Shown here in pieces: positions 16,633 through 26,255 of a stretch of 32,000 bases of DNA (its first letter is position 1; every line of letters begins with the position of its first letter). The notes under the pieces are model-generated. The model did no database searches and was not told where the DNA came from. It saw only the letters and a program-made list of their open reading frames with translations. The stretch spans positions 1,890,001-1,922,000 of the forward strand of contig NZ_LT671858.1 of assembly GCF_900083515.1 (NCBI RefSeq), given 5' to 3'. This DNA is from Cuniculiplasma divulgatum. Lineage in GTDB: Archaea > Thermoplasmatota > Thermoplasmata > Thermoplasmatales > Thermoplasmataceae. Position numbers and translations under genes: made by a program.

Positions 16633-17304
16633 ATGAAAATACTGGTTGTGGGTTCTTCCGGTAGGTTTGGGGCTACTCTCCTGAATTTATTCAAAGGCAC
16701 TGGACATGAAGTGAGAGGAGTTGATATTCAGGATTATGGGAAATTAAAGGAAGAAATGAAGATTGCTGAATTTATATTTCTGGCTGTTCCAGCCTCAGTT
16801 GCCCTGGGTATTATAAATGAGTTTGGTGCTACAAGGAAAATTATCGAGATATCATCCTCAAAGGATCCATTCAAAAAATTTGCGGGAAAGATAATAAGCA
16901 TACATCCGCTGTTTGGTCCTCTTTCCTTAGATGATCTGAAATTGAGAAATATACTGTTCATCAATGACATTTCATTTTTAGGATCAGAAAATATAATATC
17001 TGCTCTTTTCCCTGGTTATAATATTATTCCAATGAAATCTGATGAGCATGATCACCTGATGATAGAACTTCAGGTAATACCCTATGTAATTTCCATGTTA
17101 TCTTCCAGAATCTCCAGTAAAACTGAATTGAAAACTAGATCTAGAATCATTCTGGATCAGATGTCTGATGTTTGTTCCTTACAGGGTTCCTTAACCCTTC
17201 TAGACACTATCAGATTGAATCCTTTTTCAAAGAATGCAATTGAGACTGTAAGTAAAACCATTGATGAACTAAGAGGTGAAATTTTTGATAATAATACCAA
17301 ATAA
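16633..17304 (+). CDS. tyrA: Prephenate dehydrogenase
   Basis: Rossmann start MKILVVGSSGRFG and catalytic-His motif SIHPLFGP. ATG 16633 (1 nt after the upstream stop) is preferred over the GTG at 16597 in the track. Confidence 0.7.
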   Translation: MKILVVGSSGRFGATLLNLFKGTGHEVRGVDIQDYGKLKEEMKIAEFIFLAVPASVALGIINEFGATRKIIEISSSKDPFKKFAGKIISIHPLFGPLSLDDLKLRNILFINDISFLGSENIISALFPGYNIIPMKSDEHDHLMIELQVIPYVISMLSSRISSKTELKTRSRIILDQMSDVCSLQGSLTLLDTIRLNPFSKNAIETVSKTIDELRGEIFDNNTK

Positions 17305-18259
17305 TGAGGCGAACGAACCATTCGTGAATGATGCCCTCATGGATTCTTCAATGTCGTTCCGAAAGATCAGTCTTTATGGAAGGAGCCTTTTTATCACTAA
17401 TTTCTCTTCCACAGAAAATATTGATTACATACCGATCAAGGATGCAATTGTGATATCTGATGGCCTGTACTCAAGAAAGGTAAAAAAGGACTCTACTAAT
17501 GTTACTGTTGGAAACGTGAAAATAGGATCTGGAAAACTTGTGATTGCTGCAGGCCCATGCGCAGTAGAATCGGAAGAACAGTTGATGGAAATTGGAGAGA
17601 GAGTTAAGGAAATGGGTGCAAATATGCTGAGAGGGGGAGCTTTCAAACCCAGAACAACCCCATATTCCTTTCAGGGTTTAGGAGTTAAGGGAATTAACAT
17701 GATGAAGAAAGTTAGTGACTATACTGGACTTCCAACTGTCTCAGAAATTATGGATATATCATATTACAAACATTTTGATGGAAAAATTGACATGATTCAG
17801 GTAGGGTCAAGGAATTCGCAGAACTTTGCACTTCTGAGATTTTTAGGTCAGAAAGGAATGCCTGTACTTCTGAAGAACGGAATGGGAAATACAATATCAG
17901 AATGGCTAAATTCAGCTGAATACATTCTATCGGGAGGTAATGGAAACGTTGTGATGTGTTATCGCGGTGTAAGAAGCTTCGAGGACAGCACACGATTCAT
18001 GATGGATAGTGGTGCCATACCTGTTTTAAGAGAAAGGTCACATTTGCCTGTTTGTGCAGATCCAAGCCATCCTGCAGGAAAGAGAGAATATGTCGAGACA
18101 CTGGCCATGGCGGCAGTTGCTTCCGGAACGGATATGCTGGAAATTGAAGTACACAACAATCCGGATGAAGCTCTTTCTGATGCAAAACAGCAACTTGATT
18201 TTATGGGATTCTCAAAATTGATAAAGAAAGTCAGAAAATTGAAAGAAATTGTTGGATGA
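17276..18259 (+). CDS. 3-deoxy-7-phosphoheptulonate (DAHP) synthase, type I-beta, with a short N-terminal extension
   Basis: AAGPCAVESEEQ (metal Cys), GGAFKPRTTPYSFQGLG (KPRT motif), CADPSH (metal His). The start is uncertain: GTG 17276 overlaps the tyrA end, with an alternative ATG at 17339. Confidence 0.85.
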   Translation: MKFLIIIPNNEANEPFVNDALMDSSMSFRKISLYGRSLFITNFSSTENIDYIPIKDAIVISDGLYSRKVKKDSTNVTVGNVKIGSGKLVIAAGPCAVESEEQLMEIGERVKEMGANMLRGGAFKPRTTPYSFQGLGVKGINMMKKVSDYTGLPTVSEIMDISYYKHFDGKIDMIQVGSRNSQNFALLRFLGQKGMPVLLKNGMGNTISEWLNSAEYILSGGNGNVVMCYRGVRSFEDSTRFMMDSGAIPVLRERSHLPVCADPSHPAGKREYVETLAMAAVASGTDMLEIEVHNNPDEALSDAKQQLDFMGFSKLIKKVRKLKEIVG

Positions 18260-18291
18260 GTTGAGTGAGAGATTTAACAAAGGCATAATAA

Positions 18292-19494
18292 TTAATCCTG
18301 AAAATAATCCTCGTTGAAATGGTATTTGAATAGCCATTCATAGTGGCCACGAAGTGATCCCCAGTAAATTTCTTCCATCACCTTCTTTTCCAGATAGTTC
18401 ATTCTTGATGGCTCAATTTTTTCCACAGGCTTATCGTAAGTTCCAACAACAAACGTAGCTTTGTGAAATCCAGTTTCCATTGAACACTGGGTTCTCCCTG
18501 TAAATTTGTAATTTTTTCCTGTTCCGTGGATATCACCTATTATATTGCTTGCTACTACTATGCCCTCAAGATGAGCCTCAACACCTGCCTTAGATGTTGG
18601 TATATCTGTTGTGTCTCCTATGGCAAAAGCATTGTCATATGTCGTTATATGCAGATCTTTTCTGTCAACCTTTACCCATCCATCTTCGTCTGACATCTCA
18701 GATCCCTTAAGAAAATTTGCTGGCTTATGCGGGGGAGTGAGAAATAAATGATCATATTTCAGCGTTTCTCCTTCAAGAGACGTGATCTCTTTTTTCTCAG
18801 AATCTACTGTGTCAGTATTGAATGTGGTTATGCTTTCAATAGATCTATTCTTATAAATCGGTTCTATCACCTCATTTATTGACTCTGCAGAGTAAATTCT
18901 GGTAAAAGGAGTTATGTACACTATCTCGACCTTGTCTCTTATGCCTTTCCTTGTGAAATATTCATCAAGCATGAATGCAGACTCATTTGGAGATGGTGGG
19001 CATTTATAAGGTAGACCCCCAATACCAACCACTATTTTCCCGGATTTTATACCTGAAATCTCTTTATAAATAAGGCCAGAGCTACTGGCATTTGTGTGAA
19101 AGTCTTTATTTGCTTCCCTAAGTCCAGGAATCTGATCGTAATCTGGAGATGATCCTGTTGATATGACCAAATAATCAAAATCCCTATTTTCGTCACTCCC
19201 TTCAGTCCTGATATACCTGTTTGCAAGATCTACTTTTTCAACATTCTCATACACTATCTTAACCCCAGGGGTCACCAGCTTATTCACATCTTTCCTTATC
19301 TTTGAAGGATCAGTTCCACGGAATGCCACCTCAAGATATCCAGGCTGGAATTCCTGTTCAGTTTTCTTATCATATAGTGTGATAGAAACCTCTTCTTTCT
19401 TGATCTCATTTGACAGTTCCCTTGCTAATTTACTGGATGTTATAAGTCCCCCAGCACCGCTTCCAATTACAGCAATTTTTTTCGTTTTAACCAC
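18292..19494 (-). CDS. FAD-dependent pyridine nucleotide-disulfide oxidoreductase, sulfide:quinone oxidoreductase-like
   Basis: N-terminal KKIAVIGSGAGG dinucleotide fold. Conserved Cys in PYKCPPSPNES and in GRTQCSMETG, at positions comparable to SQR redox cysteines. About 400 aa, next to tusA and dsrE-like genes. Confidence 0.7.
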   Translation of the reverse strand: MVKTKKIAVIGSGAGGLITSSKLARELSNEIKKEEVSITLYDKKTEQEFQPGYLEVAFRGTDPSKIRKDVNKLVTPGVKIVYENVEKVDLANRYIRTEGSDENRDFDYLVISTGSSPDYDQIPGLREANKDFHTNASSSGLIYKEISGIKSGKIVVGIGGLPYKCPPSPNESAFMLDEYFTRKGIRDKVEIVYITPFTRIYSAESINEVIEPIYKNRSIESITTFNTDTVDSEKKEITSLEGETLKYDHLFLTPPHKPANFLKGSEMSDEDGWVKVDRKDLHITTYDNAFAIGDTTDIPTSKAGVEAHLEGIVVASNIIGDIHGTGKNYKFTGRTQCSMETGFHKATFVVGTYDKPVEKIEPSRMNYLEKKVMEEIYWGSLRGHYEWLFKYHFNEDYFQD

Positions 19495-19581
19495 CTTTGT
19501 ATTATTTTGAAGATTGATTGCCAGTAACCGCTTTTTCTTTCAGGTTGCAATGACAATCTCATTTTCCTGACTGTATCATTT

Positions 19582-19818
19582 CTATGCCTTTCTTCCCGTC
19601 ACCTTAATGGTAATTTCGAAAGAGTTGTCTATTTCCTTGGAACCGACAAACTCGTTTTTTGTTCTTTCACACCACACTTTTGCGTCTGGCACTGCACCAG
19701 GATCGTTAGCAACAAGTATTATGGTGTCCCCATTCTGTGCTTTTTTATAAGCTCTTATTAGATCCGTTATAGGACCTGGGCAAGCTGTCCCTTTGCTGTC
19801 TACATTAAATGTTGTCAT
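19582..19818 (-). CDS. tusA: TusA/SirA-family sulfur carrier protein
   Basis: Active-site motif GTACPGPITDL (C-P-x-P), about 78 aa. ATG 19818, preceded by GAGGTGATTAAA, is preferred to GTG 19827. Confidence 0.8.
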   Translation of the reverse strand: MTTFNVDSKGTACPGPITDLIRAYKKAQNGDTIILVANDPGAVPDAKVWCERTKNEFVGSKEIDNSFEITIKVTGRKA

Positions 19819-19828
19819 TTTAATCACC

Positions 19829-20245
19829 TCACAGCATAATGATCTGGTTTTCAGCAGATTGAATCATGAAATTTGTTGCCCCTACAATATCCTCAACAAT
19901 TGGATCGAAATCCTTTTTCTGGAGATTCAAAGCACTTGACATTAATGAACATGCGTAAACTTTTGCATCACCATCTTTCACTGAATTCTGTAAAAGTTCG
20001 TGCCATCCCTGAAACTTTACCTTTATAAGACCCTCCCTTAACTCTTTCATGAATCCTTCAAACCCGGCAGGAACAACTGGCTGCTTTGTATACCCATCTT
20101 TCAAAAACAGAGGAATAGCTGTACCGGTGATGAAAACTCTCAATGGCATTCCAAGATTAACAGCTGTCTGGCTCAGGACTCCCAGCATCACCATTTTTTC
20201 TTCAGTTCCCGTAGATATTACGATTAATATACCTTTTTCACCCAT
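19829..20245 (-). CDS. DsrE/DsrF-like sulfur relay family protein
   Basis: GILIVISTGTEEKMVMLGV... Rossmann-like start and a conserved Cys in KVYACSLMSSAL. About 138 aa. ATG 20245, preceded by GGGTGATTAAA, is preferred to GTG 20254. Confidence 0.7.
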   Translation of the reverse strand: MGEKGILIVISTGTEEKMVMLGVLSQTAVNLGMPLRVFITGTAIPLFLKDGYTKQPVVPAGFEGFMKELREGLIKVKFQGWHELLQNSVKDGDAKVYACSLMSSALNLQKKDFDPIVEDIVGATNFMIQSAENQIIML

Positions 20246-20400
20246 TTTAATCACCCTTTACCCGGTAATAATAAATTGCGTGGCAAATGATAAATAAGCA
20301 ACCTTAGCTGTAAGTCTTTTTTGCGACGGCATAAAGTATATTAAGATATTAAATGGTGAATTGTGCCCTGAATTGATAAAATAAGTTTATCCAAAGATGA

Positions 20401-20925
20401 TTACTTTTGGGGCATATTTTTATACTCGCTGTTCAGTTTCGTAAACTTCACAGTCAACTGTTCTGCTACCCTGTCCTTTTCAGGATCAGGAAGATACTGT
20501 TCTACAAGACTGAAAAGCCCGTTTTCCTCTTTATATACATGCTGAAGCATGATCTTTGCTATCTGACCGCCCTTTCCTATTATTTCCTCCTGAGTGAGGG
20601 TTATGTCCTGTTCTCCTTCATAGATTCTTGGTTTGTTAATCCCATTAAATATACCTTTTACTGATACATGTTCGCCTGATATTATTCTAATAGGCTCCTC
20701 GAACTCCATGTATTTCCTCAGAAATGGACTAAATGCGGGAATGAGTATTACATCCTCCAGAGAAAAATGAACTTTTATTGTATAATCTATGTGCTTTAAA
20801 AATTCAGTAATATCAATTTTGTTGTCCAAAAAATCTTCGGTAACTCCAACGGTTGTATAATGCTGATCTCTCAGTAACTGTGTTGCTCTAGAGCCTTTAA
20901 AATTCATTGTATCCCTGTAGCTCAT
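20401..20925 (-). CDS. Hemerythrin-like (HHE cation-binding) domain protein
   Basis: His/Glu spacing typical of hemerythrin-like four-helix bundles (LRDQH, HFSLED, SGEH, QHVYKEEN). Assignment by pattern only. Confidence 0.5.
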   Translation of the reverse strand: MSYRDTMNFKGSRATQLLRDQHYTTVGVTEDFLDNKIDITEFLKHIDYTIKVHFSLEDVILIPAFSPFLRKYMEFEEPIRIISGEHVSVKGIFNGINKPRIYEGEQDITLTQEEIIGKGGQIAKIMLQHVYKEENGLFSLVEQYLPDPEKDRVAEQLTVKFTKLNSEYKNMPQK

Positions 20926-21071
20926 GAGTATTCATTCCTTTGGATTATATAACCTTAATTAGTATTCTTCAAAGTGATTTTTTTAATTGCAAAATTATGC
21001 CATACCTGTAAATACTAATTTTTTTACATATATGGCTATCAAATTATTATAAAAAAGGTGGTTGATTTCAA

Positions 21072-22010
21072 TCATTGTGGCAGATAATCAATCAGTGCTT
21101 CACTGGATAATGATTCCATCTCTGATATTTCACTCTCTGTAAGTTTAAATGCTGCTGAATCCGCATTTTCCTTTGCCTGCTTGATGTTCTTTGCACCCGG
21201 GATTGGTATTACATCCTTCTTTGAAAGCAACCAGTTCAGAGCAATCTGTGCTGGCGTTTTTGAATATTTCTCACCAAGAGATCTCAGTAGAGAAAGAATA
21301 TCCTTTACAGCCTCAAGATTCTTAGGGGCAAAAAGTTCGTTTCCTTCCCTAACATCACCCCGGGGTATATTTCCTGGATTGTACTTTCCAGTCAGCACAC
21401 CCTGTGCCAGTGGACTCCATGCGATTATACTTATATTGTGTTTTTTACAGTATGGAATAACTTCTTCCTCTATGTTTCTCTGCAGTAGATTATACCTTAC
21501 CTGGTTTGATACTATTGGGACATCTCCCAGTATTCCTCTTGCCTCCTCAATGTCCCTGACCGCAAAGTTGCTGACACCTATTGCCCTGATTTTACCCTCT
21601 TCGTATAGCTTTTTCATTGCCCTGAATGTCTGGCTCATAGGAATCTGCTCCCATGGATCGGGCCAGTGAATCTGGTAAAGATCGATGCGATCTACTCCAA
21701 GTCTCTTAATACTAGCTTCGGCTGCTCTCTGCAGTTCGTCATACCTAAGATGGGCCCCATACACTTTTGTAGCAACGAAGAAATTTTCCCTGCCATATTT
21801 TTTTAAAGCCCTTCCCAGTACCTTTTCACTGTTCCCGTTTCCGTATGCCTCTGCTGTATCTACAAAATTAATTCCATTCTCCTTTGATACTCCAACTGCT
21901 TCTATAACATTTTCTTCATCGGCGTTCCATGCATTACTTGCCTGCCATAAACCCATACCAATTTTTGAAACTTTTAATTCTTTTTTCCCACCTAATGTCA
22001 CATAATCCAT
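21072..22010 (-). CDS. Aldo/keto reductase
   Basis: Catalytic tetrad context DTAEAYGNGNSE (Asp, Tyr), VATKV (Lys), YQIHWPD (His). 312 aa. Confidence 0.9.
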   Translation of the reverse strand: MDYVTLGGKKELKVSKIGMGLWQASNAWNADEENVIEAVGVSKENGINFVDTAEAYGNGNSEKVLGRALKKYGRENFFVATKVYGAHLRYDELQRAAEASIKRLGVDRIDLYQIHWPDPWEQIPMSQTFRAMKKLYEEGKIRAIGVSNFAVRDIEEARGILGDVPIVSNQVRYNLLQRNIEEEVIPYCKKHNISIIAWSPLAQGVLTGKYNPGNIPRGDVREGNELFAPKNLEAVKDILSLLRSLGEKYSKTPAQIALNWLLSKKDVIPIPGAKNIKQAKENADSAAFKLTESEISEMESLSSEALIDYLPQ

Positions 22011-22142
22011 AGAATCATTATGAAAAATTCAAGTATAAACCTATCTTTTCTTTTATGAATAGGCTTATTCTACCATTTAGATAGCTTATTTCAATTGCAG
22101 ATAGAGGAAGGTATAAATATAAATCTTTTAATTGAATCTATT

Positions 22143-24092
22143 ATGACAGAAAGAACTGAAAACAGGGAAGTACTTCCAACTGAAGAAAAATACCACCCCA
22201 GCATGGGTTCCTTTGAAAAGACTTACAGGGATTCAATAGACCACCCTGATGAATTCTGGTCAAAGGCGGCCACGATACTGGACTGGGATAGGCGCTGGGA
22301 TAGGGTTCTTGATGAGAGCAATCCACCATTTTACAAATGGTTTGTAAATGGTAAATTGAATGTTTCATATAATGCAGTGGATAGACATTTACTTTCACAC
22401 AGGAGAAACAAGGCAGCCTTCATTTGGGTTGGTGAGAATGGAGAGGAAAAGATCATAACTTACGATGGACTTTACAGAAGAGTAAATAATCTTGCCTTCG
22501 CTCTTCAGAATCTTGGAATAAAGAAGGGAGACAGAATTCTTATTTACCTTCCAATGATTCTTGAAGCTCCAGTTGCAATGCTTGCCGCAGCCAGAATAGG
22601 TGCAACATTTTCATTCGTCTTTGCAGGTTTTGGAGCCTCAGCAGTTGCAGAAAGGATTGAGGATGCGAAGGCAAAGATGGTAATAACGGCCGATGGTGGC
22701 TACAGGAATGGAAAAATTGTAGAGTTGAAGAAAATTATTGATGAAGCGCTGGAACAGACATCAACTGTATCTAACGTTATTGTTGTAAGAAGAACAGGTC
22801 ATAACGTATCCATGCAGGAAGACAGGGATATATGGTACCACGATGTGGTAAGAGATGGAATGAATTATGTAAAACCTGTAGAAATGGATTCCAATGATCC
22901 ACTGTATATTCTTTATACGTCTGGAACAACTGGAAAGCCGAAGGGAGTTGTCCATGGAAATGGCGGATACGCAGTTTGGGTTGCAAACACAATGAAGTGG
23001 GCATTTAATCCTGATGAAGATGATAGGTGGTGGTGTGCGGCAGATATAGGATGGGTTACAGGTCACAGTTACATTGTTTTTGCCCCACTTATCCTGGGTC
23101 TCACATCAGTGATGTATGAGGGGTCAATAACATATCCAGAACCAGATCGTCTCTGGGAAATCATAGAGCGTTACAGGGTGAATATCCTATATACTTCACC
23201 TACAGCAATCAGAACTCTAATGCGTTTTGGAGAGAAGTATCCAAAGATGCATGATTTGTCAACACTCAAAACTCTTGGAACAGTTGGAGAACCAATAAAT
23301 CCTGCTGCATGGAAATGGTACTATGAAAACATAGGTAATTCAAAGTGCCCAATTATTGACACCTACTGGCAGACCGAAACAGGAGGCTTTGTAATTGCGC
23401 CTGCCCTGGGAATAGGATTGCCACCTCTAAAACCTGGATCTGCATCTTTTCCAATGCCCGGTATTGATCCGGTAATTCTGGACGAAAATGGAAAGGAAGT
23501 AAAAAGCGGAGAAAAAGGATTCATAGCCTACAGAAAGCCATGGCCGGGAATGTTTCTAACCCTGAATAATGATCCAGATAGGTTCAAGAGTGTTTATTTT
23601 GAGAAGTTCAACGGGAAGTATTACTGTGGCGATTATGCTGTTAAAGATAATGAAGGATATTACTGGCTGCTTGGAAGAGCAGATGAAGTTCTCAAGGTTT
23701 CAGGCCATAGACTTGGTACCATAGAAATAGAGGATGCACTTATTTCCTCGAGGGAAGTGGCTGAAGCTGCGGCATTTGGAAAGCCCGATGAAACGAAGGG
23801 TGAAAGCATAGTAACCTTTGTGGTCATTAAGGATGAGTTTAAGGGAACCCCAGAAATGATATCAACACTTAGGAAGAGGATCAGGGAGGAACTTGGTCCA
23901 ATATATGTTCCTGATGAAATACACATAGTAAACACTCTTCCTAAAACTAGAAGTGGAAAGATCATGAGAAGGGTAGTTAAGGCAGTATTTCTGGGTCAAC
24001 TTCCTGGAGACATCAGTACTTTGGAGAGTTCCGTATCTGTTGATGAGATCAGGACCGCCATAGAAACGTTCAAAAAAGAAACAAACAAATAA
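22143..24092 (+). CDS. acs: Acetyl-CoA synthetase (AMP-forming)
   Basis: AMP-binding motif YTSGTTGKPKGV, WQTETGG, and C-terminal LPKTRSGKIMRR. ATG 22143 is preferred to TTG 22095. Confidence 0.9.
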   Translation: MTERTENREVLPTEEKYHPSMGSFEKTYRDSIDHPDEFWSKAATILDWDRRWDRVLDESNPPFYKWFVNGKLNVSYNAVDRHLLSHRRNKAAFIWVGENGEEKIITYDGLYRRVNNLAFALQNLGIKKGDRILIYLPMILEAPVAMLAAARIGATFSFVFAGFGASAVAERIEDAKAKMVITADGGYRNGKIVELKKIIDEALEQTSTVSNVIVVRRTGHNVSMQEDRDIWYHDVVRDGMNYVKPVEMDSNDPLYILYTSGTTGKPKGVVHGNGGYAVWVANTMKWAFNPDEDDRWWCAADIGWVTGHSYIVFAPLILGLTSVMYEGSITYPEPDRLWEIIERYRVNILYTSPTAIRTLMRFGEKYPKMHDLSTLKTLGTVGEPINPAAWKWYYENIGNSKCPIIDTYWQTETGGFVIAPALGIGLPPLKPGSASFPMPGIDPVILDENGKEVKSGEKGFIAYRKPWPGMFLTLNNDPDRFKSVYFEKFNGKYYCGDYAVKDNEGYYWLLGRADEVLKVSGHRLGTIEIEDALISSREVAEAAAFGKPDETKGESIVTFVVIKDEFKGTPEMISTLRKRIREELGPIYVPDEIHIVNTLPKTRSGKIMRRVVKAVFLGQLPGDISTLESSVSVDEIRTAIETFKKETNK

Positions 24093-24142
24093 ATATTTCC
24101 AGACTTACAGTAAAAATAATCCCTAATCTATTTTAATATCTA

Positions 24143-24150
24143 TTTTTTTT
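24143..24150 (+). terminator. T8 tract downstream of acs
   Basis: TTTTTTTT about 50 nt after the acs stop; oligo-T of the archaeal terminator type. Confidence 0.3.
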
Positions 24151-24281
24151 AAGGTCTATTGCACACTCAAAAATATTATTCAGTGCCAATGTGAAATTTA
24201 TCATTTATTGTTTTTTGAGATTAATTACATTCTAAATGGGGTAAATGGACATATATACATAGTACCGTTAGATCAATCATC

Positions 24282-25085
24282 ATGGAAAAAATTAATGTGT
24301 GCATAGCGGGAGCAACTGGATGGGTTGGAAAGGCACTTACCAAAAGGATTCTTGAATCCAGTGACATCAATCTTTCAGGAGCGGTTGCAAGGAAAGCGTC
24401 TGGTATGGATTTGAAAAGTGTTTTTCCTGAGAGTAACACAGAATTAAAATTCGAGTCTTCTATAGAAATGGCTCTTAAAAGAGAAACGGATGTTCTAATT
24501 GACTATACATCTCCTGGTGTTGTTAAGAAACATGTGCTCTACGCCATTGATCACGGCGTAAGTGTTGTTGTTGGCACTTCTGGGCTAACCGATGAAGATT
24601 ACAGAGAAATTGAACAGATTGCAACAGAAAAAAATGTTGGCGTCTTTGCAGCAGGAAATTTTGCCATTTCGGCTGCATTGCTTTTACATTTTTCATCGAT
24701 TGCATCCAGATATATGCAGGGATGGGAGGTCATAGATTATGCATCGTGGAATAAGATAGACTCACCCAGTGGGACGGCACTGGAGATTGCAAACAGATTG
24801 TCTTCAATTGGAAAGCCAGAAGATATAATTTCAGAAGAACAGACGACTGGATTCAAAGAAAGCAGAGGGATAGATATTGGGGGCACCAGAGTACACTCTG
24901 TAAGACTGCCAGGATTCGTCATCGGTACAGATGTGATATTTGGAGGTGATGATGAGAGGTTAACCATAAAATTTGACGCCGGGACCAAGCCAGAAACCTA
25001 TGTTGAGGGTACCTTAATGGCAGCAAGATATGTTATACATATGAAAGGATTGACCAGAGGTCTGGATAAGATTCTTTTTCATTAG
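24282..25085 (+). CDS. dapB: DapB-like protein (4-hydroxy-tetrahydrodipicolinate reductase family) lacking the canonical His-His pair
   Basis: N-terminal CIAGATGWVGKAL dinucleotide motif, VVGTSG, and NKIDSPSGTA matching the DapB K-x-D-A-P-S-G-T-A signature. The preceding E-x-H-H reads D-Y-A-S here (see findings). Confidence 0.75.
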   Translation: MEKINVCIAGATGWVGKALTKRILESSDINLSGAVARKASGMDLKSVFPESNTELKFESSIEMALKRETDVLIDYTSPGVVKKHVLYAIDHGVSVVVGTSGLTDEDYREIEQIATEKNVGVFAAGNFAISAALLLHFSSIASRYMQGWEVIDYASWNKIDSPSGTALEIANRLSSIGKPEDIISEEQTTGFKESRGIDIGGTRVHSVRLPGFVIGTDVIFGGDDERLTIKFDAGTKPETYVEGTLMAARYVIHMKGLTRGLDKILFH

Positions 25086-25112
25086 ATCTCCCAGAAATCA
25101 CCCTTCAAGATC

Positions 25113-26255
25113 CTACTTTAAATCCATTTCTTGATCAATGGTTCCTTTCCCTGGTCTTCCTTTTTCATAGGTAGAAAGTAGCAGAAAGCCAAGAGCAACC
25201 ACTACACATATCAGTATAAACTGAAGTGATTCGGTCTCATTAACTATAAATAGTGCAGAGAAAAACGCACTTCCTATAAATCCAGAAATTGCCTTTCCTG
25301 TGTAGAATACTCCATTATTTGAGGTTGAGAACTTTGTTCCGAAAATATCCCCTATCAAGGACATATACTGGGAAATCATTGACCCTCCAAAGAATCCAAT
25401 AAGTACTATAGATTCAAGCAGATAGCCATTGAGAAGAAGCAATGACCCTATTATTAGGAAAATGTCGATTATTGAAACCATCCTGATCCTTCCAATTCGA
25501 TCTGAAAAGAAGCCAAGAATTGGCCTGCTAATTCCACTGAGTAGGGGAAATAGAGACACAAGAATTGTAAATTCTAAAATAGGTATCCTCTTACCCAGAA
25601 TTCCAAGGGAAGAGGATATTACTATAAGTGGCACAGCCCCAAGTACAAATGAGACATATAAAATCCAGAATCTCCTGTTTCTTAGGTTTCTTGATGGCCT
25701 ATCCCCTGTTACCTGTTTTTCTGGGTACCTTACCTTACTGAGAAGTATGGGAAATAGGATAAGTTCCGTAAGACCAATTATGAGCATGGGCTCCCTGAAA
25801 CTGGTTGCTTTCAGGAGGAATATATTGGCCACAGCTGCCCCAAGCCCAAATCCAAATGAGACAAAACCAACAGCAAGACCCCGGTTTTCCTTAAACCATT
25901 TTACCGCAAGGTTCGTTGCAATACCATATAGAATGCCCTCACCTATGCTTCCAAGAGACCAGAATATATAAAACATTGTTAGATTGCCGCTTACTGAAGT
26001 TCCAAGGAAACCAGCAGCCGATAGAATTGATGAAATTATGCCGATGTTTCTCGGGCCGTTCTTATCCGCAAAATAACCACCAACTCCCTGAAATCCTGTA
26101 GAAAATATTGCGAAAAGAGAAAATCCAACCTGTACCTGTATAAGAGTGACTCCAAGTCCTGTTTTTAGTAGTGGTTCAAAAACATTCCAGGAATACTGGT
26201 ATAAGGAATTCATTGACATTATTAGAATTCCGATTACCAGGAACCCTTTTTTCAT
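25113..26255 (-). CDS. MFS transporter (oxalate/formate antiporter-like subgroup by N-terminal pattern)
   Basis: About 380 aa with 11-12 hydrophobic spans and YQYSWNVF near the N-terminus. ATG 26255 is preferred to TTG 26270 because an ATTTTATTA TATA-like box (minus strand, about 26277-26285) sits about 26 nt upstream. Confidence 0.75.
   Translation of the reverse strand: MKKGFLVIGILIMSMNSLYQYSWNVFEPLLKTGLGVTLIQVQVGFSLFAIFSTGFQGVGGYFADKNGPRNIGIISSILSAAGFLGTSVSGNLTMFYIFWSLGSIGEGILYGIATNLAVKWFKENRGLAVGFVSFGFGLGAAVANIFLLKATSFREPMLIIGLTELILFPILLSKVRYPEKQVTGDRPSRNLRNRRFWILYVSFVLGAVPLIVISSSLGILGKRIPILEFTILVSLFPLLSGISRPILGFFSDRIGRIRMVSIIDIFLIIGSLLLLNGYLLESIVLIGFFGGSMISQYMSLIGDIFGTKFSTSNNGVFYTGKAISGFIGSAFFSALFIVNETESLQFILICVVVALGFLLLSTYEKGRPGKGTIDQEMDLK

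Noticed and set aside
19816-20256. Identical 13-mer GGTGATTAAAATG in front of both the dsrE-like and tusA genes, as a possible regulatory repeat.
   Set aside because: It is explained most simply as an SD (GGTGAT, complementary to the 16S rRNA 3' end) plus spacer plus ATG. It also argues for the ATG starts rather than the GTG starts of the track.
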